DNA of 64,000 nucleotides from Minisyncoccia bacterium. Its GTDB lineage: Bacteria > Patescibacteriota > Minisyncoccia > Phycocordibacterales > Phycocordibacteraceae. Made by a program: the position numbers and the translations under genes. Positions 54,200 to 63,927 of this stretch are shown here, piece after piece (within the stretch, counting starts at the first letter, position 1; each line of letters opens with the position of its first letter). The notes under the pieces were generated by a model. It had not been told where the DNA came from. It was given only the letters and a program-made list of their open reading frames with translations, and did no database searches. The stretch covers positions 77,530 through 141,529 of the forward strand of contig JBBQZW010000001.1 in the NCBI GenBank assembly GCA_038207395.1. Reading direction: 5' to 3'.

Positions 54200-55283
54200 C
54201 GATTAATACTGGCGCTGAATCTGCCGCTACAATAGTAACGTTAAATTTACCTATCGTTTGCCCGTTCAAGGTCTTAACAAGTACGCGCCACGTTCCGGGA
54301 TCAGGATCGCTTATAAGAGAATATCCTCGATACCCTTCTGCACGTCCGCCCGAAAGCCCGAAAGCGACCGTAGATTTAGTGTTCCAAGAGCGGGTAGTTT
54401 CGTTATATCGCTGCCATTCATGTACAACACTGGTGGTAAAGGCTCCTGGTGCAAAAATAGCGCTGTATGCGTACAGTGGAGTGCCTTTAAGATGATGTAC
54501 AACGGGAGATCGAAGGTCCCACCAATCCGGTGCCTTCTCACCCTGTACCACGTACGCCGCACCTTCGTGAGTCAGAGAATGATAGATACCCCCCGATTTA
54601 AGGGTTAGCGGGATTGGTGGCAAAAGACCAGCAACATATGACCCTACCACTGCTCCTGTAATGAGTATCGTACTTATAAGTATGACGGTCAGTGCGCTCA
54701 TAAGACGCTTTCTATCGGCAAGCGAAAGTACAAACAGATATAGTCCGAACACCGTAAGTGTTATACCGGTGCTTCCTAGAAATATGTTCGTACCGATTTC
54801 ATGTACATACAGTGGAAGTGCAAAAATAAAGAATGCATACAGTGAGAAATATACGAGGAGTGTTTGAAATATTAAATGTTCGCGGTAGTTACGAAAAACT
54901 TCGTTACCAAAGAAGATAAGAAGCAGAAGTATGAGAAACGGCCACGAAACCGAAAATACAGCACTCTTGGTATAGAAAATAACGAACCCTGACAAAAGGC
55001 TACCGAACATGAATTGCGCAAACAGCGGTGCAAGAATTGAAATAGGGCGCGTTATAGCTCCCCTACTCCCGTGGAGACGGTGGGCAACGACCGTTGTTAT
55101 AAGTACGGCTACCAAATAGAGTGCAAACAAAAAGGTAACTGAGGGTAAATCAAGTAACCCAAAGGTAAGCAAATCTGTTATGAATCCCGTAATAAACAGA
55201 GTTGTAGCGAGTGATCGTTCATTCCGTTTTAGAAATGTCAGTATCGTATCGTATGAGCGCGAAGCCATACGCATATAGTACAC
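54186..55283 (-). CDS. polytopic membrane protein with a C-terminal extracytoplasmic domain (hypothetical)
   Basis: 365 aa with about 8 N-terminal TM helices followed by a ~150-aa soluble domain. No family assigned. Confidence 0.5.
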   Translation of the reverse strand: MYYMRMASRSYDTILTFLKRNERSLATTLFITGFITDLLTFGLLDLPSVTFLFALYLVAVLITTVVAHRLHGSRGAITRPISILAPLFAQFMFGSLLSGFVIFYTKSAVFSVSWPFLILLLLIFFGNEVFRNYREHLIFQTLLVYFSLYAFFIFALPLYVHEIGTNIFLGSTGITLTVFGLYLFVLSLADRKRLMSALTVILISTILITGAVVGSYVAGLLPPIPLTLKSGGIYHSLTHEGAAYVVQGEKAPDWWDLRSPVVHHLKGTPLYAYSAIFAPGAFTTSVVHEWQRYNETTRSWNTKSTVAFGLSGGRAEGYRGYSLISDPDPGTWRVLVKTLNGQTIGKFNVTIVAADSAPVLIEQSL

Positions 55284-55318
55284 GAAACACTACTCGTCCA
55301 TCCCTTAGTACCCCTATC

Positions 55319-55394
55319 TGGTGCTTGGAGCCGGATTCGAACCGGCGACCCTTCCCTCTTCAGGGGAATGCTCTACCAACTGAGCTATCCAAGC
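55319..55394 (-). tRNA. tRNA-Phe (anticodon GAA)
   Basis: Acceptor GCTTGGA/TCCAAGC, D arm GCTC-AGTTGGTA-GAGC, anticodon arm TTCCC-CTGAAGA-GGGAA and T arm GCCGG-TTCGAAT-CCGGC. CCA is encoded. Confidence 0.8.
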
Positions 55395-55482
55395 AAATAC
55401 CCTTGTAGGGTATGGCTATCGTACCACAATCACCTTATTTCTTCACCTCTTTCAAGCGTAGACCTGGACCGGTAAAACACTC

Positions 55483-55791
55483 CTATGGTGTAGTAGTGGC
55501 CGCTGCTTCTGGACGATATGCCTTAATGAGACTTTGCAGCTGATCAGCTGATGGCAATCCAAAAAGGTTCTTTGCGTTCCCTTCGGAATAGGAAACCGGT
55601 AGTATCGAATTAATGAGAGGGCCAAGTACAAAGAACGGCAGAATAAGTACCACAGCCCAGAGAACTATTTTGCCCCAGAATGACCATCGAAGCGTGCGCT
55701 GAATACCGGTAAGTACTCTATTATTCTCTTCGGCCAGCTCAAGCGTCTCTTCCATCATCTGCTCAAGTCGATCGATTGTTTTTTCGTCCAT
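55483..55791 (-). CDS. small membrane protein
   Basis: 102 aa with one central TM (IVLWAVVLILPFFVLGPLI) and an acidic N-terminus. Confidence 0.45.
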   Translation of the reverse strand: MDEKTIDRLEQMMEETLELAEENNRVLTGIQRTLRWSFWGKIVLWAVVLILPFFVLGPLINSILPVSYSEGNAKNLFGLPSADQLQSLIKAYRPEAAATTTP

Positions 55792-55797
55792 ACAGAA

Positions 55798-56346
55798 TTA
55801 TATCGCTGACTTTACAGTAAAGGTAAAACGGTACGCACCTAGCTCAGGAGCTCCTGACATACGACGCTCTGGATCAACTGACTCAAAGCTGATGTTTGTT
55901 CCAAATATCGTCATCGATTTTCCTAGATCAATGGTACGTGTCTCACTGGTACCCATTCCACTTACGCGTAACGAAAGAGAAACCGTTCCTGCTTGTATAC
56001 AGCGAACGTCCACAGGACAGCGACTATCCGTAAGAATAGCGACTGGACGAATAGATACTGCATTTTTAAAACCAGCTACTTGGTTTAATGACAGAGTCGT
56101 CGAACCGTAAGGATAGTAGTGCGTTACACCCGTTGAGGTCGGCTTGGGGCCAGTTCCTTCCGAGTATGTTTCTGACTGACTTGAAGTAGGAGTGGTGGAT
56201 GGCTCTGAAACGGGAGAGGTGCTTGTTGCAAGACCATCAGTACGGAGCACCGGTGCCTCAGGTGACTGAGTTATGATAAGTCCAATGGCGATAATAAGCA
56301 CAATACCCAGGATTGTACCCGGGAAAATAAATTCTTTCTTGTCCAT
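55798..56346 (-). CDS. membrane-anchored exported protein (hypothetical)
   Basis: Start trimmed to the Met of MDKKEFIFPGTILGIVLIIAIGLIITQ, a TM anchor. Followed by a Ser/Thr/Pro-rich linker and a beta-rich domain. Confidence 0.45.
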   Translation of the reverse strand: MDKKEFIFPGTILGIVLIIAIGLIITQSPEAPVLRTDGLATSTSPVSEPSTTPTSSQSETYSEGTGPKPTSTGVTHYYPYGSTTLSLNQVAGFKNAVSIRPVAILTDSRCPVDVRCIQAGTVSLSLRVSGMGTSETRTIDLGKSMTIFGTNISFESVDPERRMSGAPELGAYRFTFTVKSAI

Positions 56347-56426
56347 ACCTACAGTATACCTGGCATTTCCAGCCCGTAAAATAGGAGACTCGAGAAACTT
56401 ATTTCTCTTAAACCTCCTAAACAAAG

Positions 56427-56498
56427 TGTCCTCGCCAGGAGTCGAACCTGGATTACCGCGTTAGGAGTGCGGAGTTCTATCCATTGAACTACGAGGAC
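56427..56498 (-). tRNA. tRNA-Arg (anticodon CCU)
   Basis: Acceptor GTCCTCG/CGAGGAC, anticodon loop CTCCTAA (stem has one A-C mismatch) and T arm CCAGG-TTCGACT-CCTGG. Confidence 0.6.
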
Positions 56499-56598
56499 AA
56501 GTGAGACATCAAGCAAAGGCTTTGATTTGCTTGATTGTCGAACGCAGTCCGGGCAAGCCGTATCGGCTTACGAGGACAAGTGAGACATCAAACAAGGG
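56491..56598. repeat. direct duplication of the tRNA-Arg 5' end plus leader, with a tRNA-like fragment between the copies
   Basis: ACGAGGACAAGTGAGACATCAAGCAAAGG (56491-56519) is repeated as ACGAGGACAAGTGAGACATCAAACAAGGG (56570-56598). The intervening 50 nt (read on the minus strand) contain D-arm-like and T-loop-like pieces: GTCCTCGTAAGCCGATACGGCTT..GTTCGACAATC. Confidence 0.6.
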
Positions 56599-56608
56599 TA
56601 CAGTACCA

Positions 56609-56640
56609 TAAAAGCCCCCCTCCGCAGGAGGGGGGCTTTT
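56609..56640. terminator. bidirectional rho-independent terminator
   Basis: AAAAGCCCCCCTCC-gca-GGAGGGGGGCTTTTAT, downstream of the glutaredoxin-like gene on the minus strand. Confidence 0.7.
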
Positions 56641-56653
56641 ATGTATGAACAAC

Positions 56654-56896
56654 TTACGCGGGAATTCCCACGAGTGCTGCAATCTTTTCCTTATCAAACC
56701 CGACGATTACTTCTCCGTCGATATCGAAGACTGGTACGGCCATTCCGCCACTCTTAGCTGCCATTTCTTGGCGCTTCTCAAGATCAGTCTGCACATTATA
56801 GTCCGTGAACGGAATATTATTCTCGGTAAACCAGTCCTTTGCTGCATGGCAGAAATGACACGTCGGGGTGCTGTAAATAGTAATGTTTGTAGCCAT
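56654..56896 (-). CDS. glutaredoxin-like protein (NrdH/Grx family)
   Basis: 80 aa with a thioredoxin fold and a CHFC active site (IYSTPTCHFCHAAKDWF..GGMAVPVF). Confidence 0.7.
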   Translation of the reverse strand: MATNITIYSTPTCHFCHAAKDWFTENNIPFTDYNVQTDLEKRQEMAAKSGGMAVPVFDIDGEVIVGFDKEKIAALVGIPA

Positions 56897-56955
56897 ATCG
56901 TAGATGATTAGATACGTAGTATATCATTTTGAGTTATCCCCACTACCCATAGGCG

Positions 56956-57324
56956 CTAGCGGAAGTGAAGAAAAGTCTTTACCCTATCCCAAAATGTTGG
57001 TAGGGGCGGAGGCGCTAGATCTTTTTTTGGCACGATAATAATAACTTCTTCTCCGGGCTTTGCCACGCCAAAGGTCTCACGCATGGAGGCCTCCTGACCG
57101 CGCTCCGTGTCTAAGTCAGTAACCGTTGCCGAAAGCACTGCCTTTCGTGCATCAAGTGCAGCTAGCTGAGCGCGAGTATCTGCTACCGTAATTCGCGCCG
57201 TTTGTTCTTTATGGAAAATACCGATTACTAAAAAAGAAAGCCAAAGTACGAGCGCTGCCAGCACGGCAATAACTCCTAACTCACGAGGCGTTATTGGTGC
57301 GCTACGTGTTTTGCGTCGAGCCAT
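56956..57324 (-). CDS. septum formation initiator (FtsB/DivIC-like)
   Basis: 122 aa with a basic N-terminus, one TM, a coiled coil and ..RETFGVAKPGEEVIIIV.., typical of FtsB/DivIC. Confidence 0.5.
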   Translation of the reverse strand: MARRKTRSAPITPRELGVIAVLAALVLWLSFLVIGIFHKEQTARITVADTRAQLAALDARKAVLSATVTDLDTERGQEASMRETFGVAKPGEEVIIIVPKKDLAPPPLPTFWDRVKTFLHFR

Positions 57325-57347
57325 CCTTCAACTATAGCAAACCCTGG

Positions 57348-59141
57348 TTAACGATCACTATCCTGAACCATTTTCATGAATACATCCTGGGGAATATCCA
57401 TTTTTGCGTGCGCTCCTCGGCGCTTTTTTCCTTTCTTTTGTTTTTCCAAAAGCTTCATTTTTCGCGTAATATCACCGCCGTATAGATATCCCGTAACATC
57501 CTTACGCATAGCGGAGATAGATTTAGAAGCAACAATGCGACCCAGAGCATGTGCTTGAATCTTAAGTACGAACATCTGCTTAGGAAGAATTTGCTGGAGT
57601 TTTTCTACCATACGCTCCCCTTCTTCAACCACACGACGTGCTGAAACTACTCGTGAAAACGCTGGTACTGGCTCTTCTGCTACGAATATTTCAAGCTTCA
57701 CCACATCAGCTGAACGTTCATCAAGAAATTCATACGCGAGAGATGCATACCCTGAAGATGCATTCTTTACCTTATCGAAGAATCCACGCATAAGTTCACG
57801 GAGTGGCATTTCAACCGTTAGTTCAATTCGCCCATCCATATGAGCGTCAGTACTTTTCACATCACCTTCGTGATCGTGGAAGAGTTGAATCATTCCAGAG
57901 AGGGTATCGGCAGGAGTTATCAAAATAACCTTTACCCAAGGCTCTTCAATCTTCAGTGTCTCTCCAAACGCAGGGAATTTAGAAGGCGTATAGATAGTTT
58001 CACGTTTCCCTTGCTTATCCGTAACGATGTACGCAATAGTTGGAATAGTAATAATAAGTTCAAGATCAAACTCACGCTTCAAACGCTCAGTAACAATCTC
58101 AAGATGGAGCATACCAAGGAAACCACAGCGGAATCCGCGCCCAAGCATGCCGGACGATTCTTCTTCAAATGAAAGTGAAGAATCTGAAAGACGGAGCCGT
58201 TCAAGCGCCTGTCGCAGTTCAGTAAGATCATCCTGACTTTCAGGGTAGACGGAGGCCCATACCACTGGGCGAGGTCTTTCAAAACCTTCGAGTCCTTCCG
58301 TTGAGCCTTGATTACTAATAACCGTGTCTCCTACGTTCACGATTCCTGCTTCTTTAACGCCTGTTACCAAATACCCAATCTCTCCCGCTGAGAGAGTGTC
58401 CATAGTTTTTTCATCTGGCATAAAAATACCCGTCTCAAGGGCCGTAAAACGCTCTCCTGCAGCAGCAAACCGTAGTACGTCACCCTTTTTAAAGGAACCG
58501 TCGAATACGCGCATAAAGACGGTAATACCGCGATGTGTTGAATAGGAAAAGTCGAAAATAAGTGCGCGACCATTTCCAGCACTCGGGCGAGGAGCCGGCA
58601 CTCGCTTCACGATAGACTCAAGGAGGTCTTCAACCCCTTCTCCCGTACGCCCAGAAACACGCAGTACGCTGTCCGGGTCAACCGACAAAAGTTCAGCAAG
58701 CTCGAGAGATACGTCATCAGGACGCGCCGCAGGCGCGTCTATCTTTGAAATAACAGGAATAATCACACATCCAGCGTCGAGCGCCATACGCAGTGTGGTG
58801 AGCGTCTGTGCCTGTATACCTTGCGTTGAGTCCACCAAAAGAAGGACACCCTCAACGGCTTGAAGTGAACGGGAAACTTCGTACGCAAAATCTATGTGCC
58901 CAGGCGTATCAATAAGGTTCATGATATACGACTCCCCTTCCTTACTCGTATATTCCATACGCACCGGCTGCATCTTTATCGTAATACCGCGCTCACGTTC
59001 CAGATCCATCTTATCTAATACCTGATCACGCATTTTTCGCGCTTCGATAGTTCCAGTACGCTCAAGAAGCCGGTCCGCAAGGGTCGACTTTCCATGATCA
59101 ACATGGGCAATAATACTGAAATTACGAATCTTGGTGGTCAT
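57348..59141 (-). CDS. lepA: elongation factor 4
   Basis: 597 aa with a GTPase domain (IIAHVDHGKSTLADRLL..DTPGHIDF) and a LepA-specific C-terminal domain. Confidence 0.9.
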   Translation of the reverse strand: MTTKIRNFSIIAHVDHGKSTLADRLLERTGTIEARKMRDQVLDKMDLERERGITIKMQPVRMEYTSKEGESYIMNLIDTPGHIDFAYEVSRSLQAVEGVLLLVDSTQGIQAQTLTTLRMALDAGCVIIPVISKIDAPAARPDDVSLELAELLSVDPDSVLRVSGRTGEGVEDLLESIVKRVPAPRPSAGNGRALIFDFSYSTHRGITVFMRVFDGSFKKGDVLRFAAAGERFTALETGIFMPDEKTMDTLSAGEIGYLVTGVKEAGIVNVGDTVISNQGSTEGLEGFERPRPVVWASVYPESQDDLTELRQALERLRLSDSSLSFEEESSGMLGRGFRCGFLGMLHLEIVTERLKREFDLELIITIPTIAYIVTDKQGKRETIYTPSKFPAFGETLKIEEPWVKVILITPADTLSGMIQLFHDHEGDVKSTDAHMDGRIELTVEMPLRELMRGFFDKVKNASSGYASLAYEFLDERSADVVKLEIFVAEEPVPAFSRVVSARRVVEEGERMVEKLQQILPKQMFVLKIQAHALGRIVASKSISAMRKDVTGYLYGGDITRKMKLLEKQKKGKKRRGAHAKMDIPQDVFMKMVQDSDR

Positions 59142-60819
59142 GTACGTGGACGGGATCGAAGGGAGAGAGCGATTTAAATGACGTTAGGCGACGCAAAGAA
59201 TCAATCAAATCGCTAAATTCTTTGTTCTCTAGGAGCCATAGCACGCCTGCAGCAACGAATAACCCAACCATACCAGCAAGGAGACCATCCGCAAACACCG
59301 TGGTCAGATTCGTAAGGGGAGCTATGATCCCCACAACCGCTAATGTGGCGTAACTCGCGGCACCTCCCAGTATGGCTGCTCCAAGACCTTCAGCTAACGG
59401 GCGCATCAATGAACGCGCAACCCCTGGCGCCACACTTCCTAACGTGGCTAAGGCAATCACTAACATGACAAACTGGCCGATCGTATATCCAAGTGCGATG
59501 AAAAGTACTGATGAACCAGGAACATTCTCAACGCGTAGAAGCGACTCCATAAAGTACGTAAGCATCGGCCATTCCCGGGCGGCATGAATAAGACCATATG
59601 CAGCAGCCACTGAAACACCTGCATCCCCAAGCTGCACAAACAGTGGATTCCAGGAACGTCCTGCTGCATAGAACGCGCGTGCGCAAAGAAGGATAATGCC
59701 CTGCGCCAAAAGCGCCATAACCAGTACGGCAAGAATAGCAGCAGTAAGACGTGTATCATCCCAATTAAAGGCTCCTGTGCCAAGAATTATACGCACAATA
59801 TGAGCACGCAGTACCATCGTAAGAACGGTAATAACTGAAGACCAGAAAACAATATGTCTGGCAGCTACAGTTACTGTTGCTTTAAAGGCTTCATATTTAC
59901 GTGCTCCTGCCTGTTCTGCAAGTACTGGAAACGCTGCAGTGGCATAGGAAGCTGCGATGAGTGAAAGAGGTACTGCCTGTAAGTTCGCTGCGAGTGTGTA
60001 GACTGCCACCCCCCCTTCGCCTGACCGAGAAGCAAACGCTATTAGGATGAGTGTCGTGAGTGAACTCATCGCGAGCGCGAGCGAACGCGGAAGTGAGTGC
60101 GCAAACAGATTCATGAGTTCTGCACGCCGAGGCAGTGCAAACCGAGGCAATAACCCTGCGTGCAAAACAATAGGTATATGAAGCGATACGTGTAATACCG
60201 CGCCGAACAATACACCTACTCCTATGCCCACGAGTCCAAACCGTGGGTAGAGGAGTACCGTACCCGCGATAATTGCCAGATTATACAGAACGGGTGAAAT
60301 CGCGAACAGCATAAAGCGTCGTTCAATCTGAGTTACGCTCGAGAGCACACTAGAGAGCCCGAGGAGTATCGGCTGAATAAGGAGCATACGTGTTAAGAAC
60401 ACAAATTCACTCTGATGCGCACCTGCCATGAGCGCGGGGAAAAGAATTCTAAGGAACTGTGGCGCAAACAAGGCAAGTACCGCGCACACTAAACCACCGA
60501 ATATAAGAAGGAACGTGGCTGCTTGAGAAAGCAGCCGACGCGCATTCTCTTTGCCGTAATTCTCAATGCGTTCAGTGATACTTGGAATTAGCACATACGC
60601 AGAAACTAATGACACCACGAGCGCGTACACGAAGTCCGGAACCTTGAATGCCGCATAGTAAACATCCAGAACTTCTCCGGCTCCAAACATGTGCGCAAAA
60701 ATACGGTCGCGTATAAGTGCCAATATTTGTGACGCTAGCGTTAGACCAGCAAGCAGATACGCGGCCTGGTGAAGGCCGCGTATCGGTGCCGTAAGGCGGG
60801 AGAGGATGTTTCGCACCAT
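59122..60819 (-). CDS. murJ: lipid II flippase MurJ/MviN
   Basis: 565 aa, polytopic (about 14 TM) with the MurJ N-terminal signature (..LIRDRIFAHMFGAGEVLDVYYAAFKVPDF..). Followed by a basic C-terminal tail. Confidence 0.8.
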   Translation of the reverse strand: MVRNILSRLTAPIRGLHQAAYLLAGLTLASQILALIRDRIFAHMFGAGEVLDVYYAAFKVPDFVYALVVSLVSAYVLIPSITERIENYGKENARRLLSQAATFLLIFGGLVCAVLALFAPQFLRILFPALMAGAHQSEFVFLTRMLLIQPILLGLSSVLSSVTQIERRFMLFAISPVLYNLAIIAGTVLLYPRFGLVGIGVGVLFGAVLHVSLHIPIVLHAGLLPRFALPRRAELMNLFAHSLPRSLALAMSSLTTLILIAFASRSGEGGVAVYTLAANLQAVPLSLIAASYATAAFPVLAEQAGARKYEAFKATVTVAARHIVFWSSVITVLTMVLRAHIVRIILGTGAFNWDDTRLTAAILAVLVMALLAQGIILLCARAFYAAGRSWNPLFVQLGDAGVSVAAAYGLIHAAREWPMLTYFMESLLRVENVPGSSVLFIALGYTIGQFVMLVIALATLGSVAPGVARSLMRPLAEGLGAAILGGAASYATLAVVGIIAPLTNLTTVFADGLLAGMVGLFVAAGVLWLLENKEFSDLIDSLRRLTSFKSLSPFDPVHVHDHQDS

Positions 60820-60862
60820 CCCTCTATTCTACAGTATTGATCTGCTGTAGTCCTGCTATTTC

Positions 60863-63295
60863 TTACTTAGTTAGCGCTGGCGTGGCTACTGGTGCCTTAC
60901 CGTCACTAACGGTTGTCTGAGGAATTCCTAACTGACCCTGGCGCGCAGGAGGAAAGGGATTCTTTCCAATCTTAAGAAGCGCGATATCAGCCTCCACCGC
61001 TTTTGCGTTCTCTGCTGAAATATTAGAGATTGCCGTTAGCTGATCGAGAGCTTGAGGGAACTGACCCTTATTTGCATACCCTACCGCAAGGAAGAATCGT
61101 GCATTTGAGTACTGCGTATTCTGCTGGACAGCAGCACTAAGGGCAGCAATTGCTCCGTCCGTATTTCCTGTTCCAAGTCGAAGAATACCTACCTGGAAGA
61201 GAACGTTTGGATCGTTAGGAGCGAAGTACAGTGCAGCTTCAGCTGCCTGCAATGCTTCCTTTGCCTTACCTTCCTGAACCTGAAGCTGTGAGAGGAGGAG
61301 CGTTGCCTGTGTGTAATCACGCTTCAATCCTATAGCCTTAGTAAGCTCTGCTTCCGCAGCTGCTCCGTTACCCTGCGCAATTTCAAGCTGTGCAAGAGCA
61401 AATGGAAGCGTTGGGTTTGTTGGGTTAAGCGCTATAGCTTTAGCGTACGCAGCCTTTGCGTTGTCATAAGCTCCCTGAATTTTGAGGGGTACAACAGCCT
61501 GGTACACATTTCCGAGCACTACCCAGTTGCGATAGTTGTTCGGTGCAATCTGTGTGGCAAGCGTTGAGGCCTGGATACCCGTAGAAAGGGCGGCCTGGAA
61601 CTGCTGCTGTGCCTGAGATGCAGAGAGGGTTGTATCGTTCGCTATGGTTTGCATCTGTGAGATGCTTGCCGCAGCTGCTAACTGATAGGCGCGATCAGAA
61701 GGAGCAAACAAGAGTGAACGGTTTATGTCAGCAGATCCCTTTTGAAGGTTCCCTGCATTCAAGCTTTGTACTGCTTGTGCGTAGGCAACACTACCTAAGT
61801 AGCGCTCAACCACTACGTATGCGGCTACCACTGAAGCTAGGAGCAAAAGAGTAAGGCCGAATACAATTACGAATCCAAGTCGTGGATTACGGCTGAAGAT
61901 AATTCCCCATTCACGACGACTTCCGCCGTAGCGAAGTGAAGATACGAACAATCCAGCCAAGAAGAATCCTGAGACAAGCACTACGGGGCCAGGATTGGTT
62001 GCAAGCGCAAGGACCAGTACGTAACTTGCTCCTACGAATGAGGCAATTGATACGAATCGAGCGTACGACTCTTCAGGAGCACGGAAGAGAAGCGTACGGA
62101 TACCAATGAAGAAGAACAAGCCAAGGAAGCCGAGCCACGCAAGTAGTCCAACAATACCTGTTGTTATGGCTGATGTTGGAATGACACCAATGCCTGAGGT
62201 GAAATCAATGTTCCAGAAGACCGTATCATTAAGCGTTCGGTCACGGAATGCGAGCCACTGAGAACCAAACGTTCCTGGACCAGATCCGAAGAGTGGTGAG
62301 GATGCGTAGGTGTGACTCCCCACGTCAAACGTAGACTGCCACGATGGACGAACATCAAGATAATTCGTACCGACAGCATTAACGAGTGATGCGCCAATAG
62401 TACTTCCTCCAATAAGGAAGAAGAGAGAGACGACGAGTACTGCAAGAGGCGCAGCAAGATTCTTCGTTTCTGAACTTTGAATCGGTTCTGCATCAAGTGA
62501 TACTTCTGATACTCCGTCGAAATCTTCATCAGCAGACATCGGAGCGCGACGCATGATTGCTTCGATAAAGAGTCCAAGCGCTGTAAGTGCAACAAGTGCC
62601 CAGATAAAACCTGAGTTCACGAGTGCGATAGCAATAAGCGCAATTGCCCCTGTAATCCAAACAAAACGCTTCGTTAGTGTTTTGAGTGAAAGAAAACGGA
62701 GCGCAAGAAGTGAGATGGTAATACCAAGACCTGCAAGCATGCCGAGGTCAGAGAATGTTCCAACTACGTTTGCGGTTGGTGAGAACTTTCCACTTGCAAC
62801 ATGTCCCAAGATAAGGAATACCACCTGGGCAGCAAGTAGGAGTGCGTACACAATACTCGCAACTTTAAAGAAGATGCGGTACTGCGCTGAGCGGCGGAAC
62901 GTAAGCGCAACGATAGTAGCGAATGCAGCGAGAATAACCATGAAGCCAAGAGTGTCGGTTTCAAGTTCAGTACCTAAGAGTCCTGCGCGAAGACCTCCTC
63001 CAGAGAAGAGACTTGAGAGCAGGTATGCTGCAGGCACAAGCCAGAACGCTCCAAGGAGTGTTGCTGGCGGAACGATAATGTTCCCGCGCGTAAGGCGCGC
63101 GAGTATATACAGCGCAAGCGCAATGATGCCGCCAATGGCGACGATTGATACTTTGCTATATATGAACGGGATCGTCGCTGACGGTATAAATGCCAGCGCC
63201 GCGACTGCACCAGTAAGGACTAACGCCCATACGGCGAGTGTGTCGAACGTTACGCGTCGTGGGTTTGACGCTGAGGGGACGGTTTGTATGTCCAT
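60863..63295 (-). CDS. O-antigen-ligase/Wzy-like polytopic membrane protein with C-terminal TPR repeats
   Basis: 810 aa. There are about 12 TM helices in the N-terminal 480 aa, including a large periplasmic-loop region. The C-terminal ~300 aa are TPR-like (..AYDNAKAAYAKAIALNP.., ..LLSQLQVQEGKAKEALQAAEAALYFAPNDP..). Confidence 0.45.
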   Translation of the reverse strand: MDIQTVPSASNPRRVTFDTLAVWALVLTGAVAALAFIPSATIPFIYSKVSIVAIGGIIALALYILARLTRGNIIVPPATLLGAFWLVPAAYLLSSLFSGGGLRAGLLGTELETDTLGFMVILAAFATIVALTFRRSAQYRIFFKVASIVYALLLAAQVVFLILGHVASGKFSPTANVVGTFSDLGMLAGLGITISLLALRFLSLKTLTKRFVWITGAIALIAIALVNSGFIWALVALTALGLFIEAIMRRAPMSADEDFDGVSEVSLDAEPIQSSETKNLAAPLAVLVVSLFFLIGGSTIGASLVNAVGTNYLDVRPSWQSTFDVGSHTYASSPLFGSGPGTFGSQWLAFRDRTLNDTVFWNIDFTSGIGVIPTSAITTGIVGLLAWLGFLGLFFFIGIRTLLFRAPEESYARFVSIASFVGASYVLVLALATNPGPVVLVSGFFLAGLFVSSLRYGGSRREWGIIFSRNPRLGFVIVFGLTLLLLASVVAAYVVVERYLGSVAYAQAVQSLNAGNLQKGSADINRSLLFAPSDRAYQLAAAASISQMQTIANDTTLSASQAQQQFQAALSTGIQASTLATQIAPNNYRNWVVLGNVYQAVVPLKIQGAYDNAKAAYAKAIALNPTNPTLPFALAQLEIAQGNGAAAEAELTKAIGLKRDYTQATLLLSQLQVQEGKAKEALQAAEAALYFAPNDPNVLFQVGILRLGTGNTDGAIAALSAAVQQNTQYSNARFFLAVGYANKGQFPQALDQLTAISNISAENAKAVEADIALLKIGKNPFPPARQGQLGIPQTTVSDGKAPVATPALTK

Positions 63296-63501
63296 ATTTT
63301 TACTCCGTTATTACGGGATTAACCCAGATATACATGATGAATTCTTGGCGCTACTTATTTTCGCAATCAAGGCCATACATGCGTATCGACTATTAAGAAC
63401 GCACCTTATTAGTATACGTTGGACGTGCGGTCTGAAGTTGATGTATACGCACGCGGTGTGGATAATAAAAAAGGAAACATACTATATTTGTAAGGCAAAT
63501 G

Positions 63502-63529
63502 AAAAAACCACGCGTGAGCGTGGTTTTTT
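63502..63529. terminator. rho-independent terminator downstream of rnpB
   Basis: AAAAAACCACGCG-tga-GCGTGGTTTTTT. Confidence 0.7.
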
Positions 63530-63537
63530 CATTTGAT

Positions 63538-63915
63538 TGACTGGTACGATAAGCCGAATTCTGTACGAACTACCCCCAAAGGAATCTTTCGTGACGACCA
63601 TCTATCTGGGATGACTGTTACCAGCCACCTCGAGCGGCGCTCATCGTGTAGTGCATTGCTGCAAAACATGAAGCACGGCCTTGCACAGAAGTAAGGATTT
63701 GGCCGTTTCAGCCTGACGTCACCGTCAGGACGCTCTCAAGCCGAGACCTGAGAACACCTAGCTTTTCAGCATCAGTCGTTTCTGTTCGCACCTCGCAGAT
63801 CACTCTGGACGGGAATTACCCGCTACCCTTCTGCTAAAAGCAGAGCTTTTAGCCTGTGTTCGGACTTTCCTCTCCAAGAACGGTGTTCAGGAGCGATCGT
63901 CTGTACCAGTCAGAG
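63538..63915 (-). ncRNA. rnpB: RNase P RNA (bacterial type A)
   Basis: The minus-strand read contains GGAGAGGAAAGTCCGAACACAGG (the P4 strand GGAAAGTCCG..ACAG), GGGTAGCGGGTAATTCCCG, GGTGGCTGGTAACAG and the 3' conserved ACAGAATTCGGCTTA (ACAGAANCCGGCTTA consensus). P1 pairs GACTGGTACAGACG (5') with CGTACCAGTCA (3'). Confidence 0.8.
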
Positions 63916-63916
63916 C

Positions 63917-63927
63917 GTATTATACCA
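63917..63927 (-). promoter_or_regulatory. extended -10 promoter for rnpB
   Basis: The minus strand reads TGGTATAAT (TGnTATAAT) 7-8 nt upstream of the inferred 5' end of the RNase P RNA. Confidence 0.5.

Noticed and set aside
56491-56598. CRISPR array.
   Set aside because: Only two copies of a 29-nt repeat are present. The repeat includes the 5' end of a tRNA, and the spacer looks like a tRNA fragment. No cas genes. Not a CRISPR locus.
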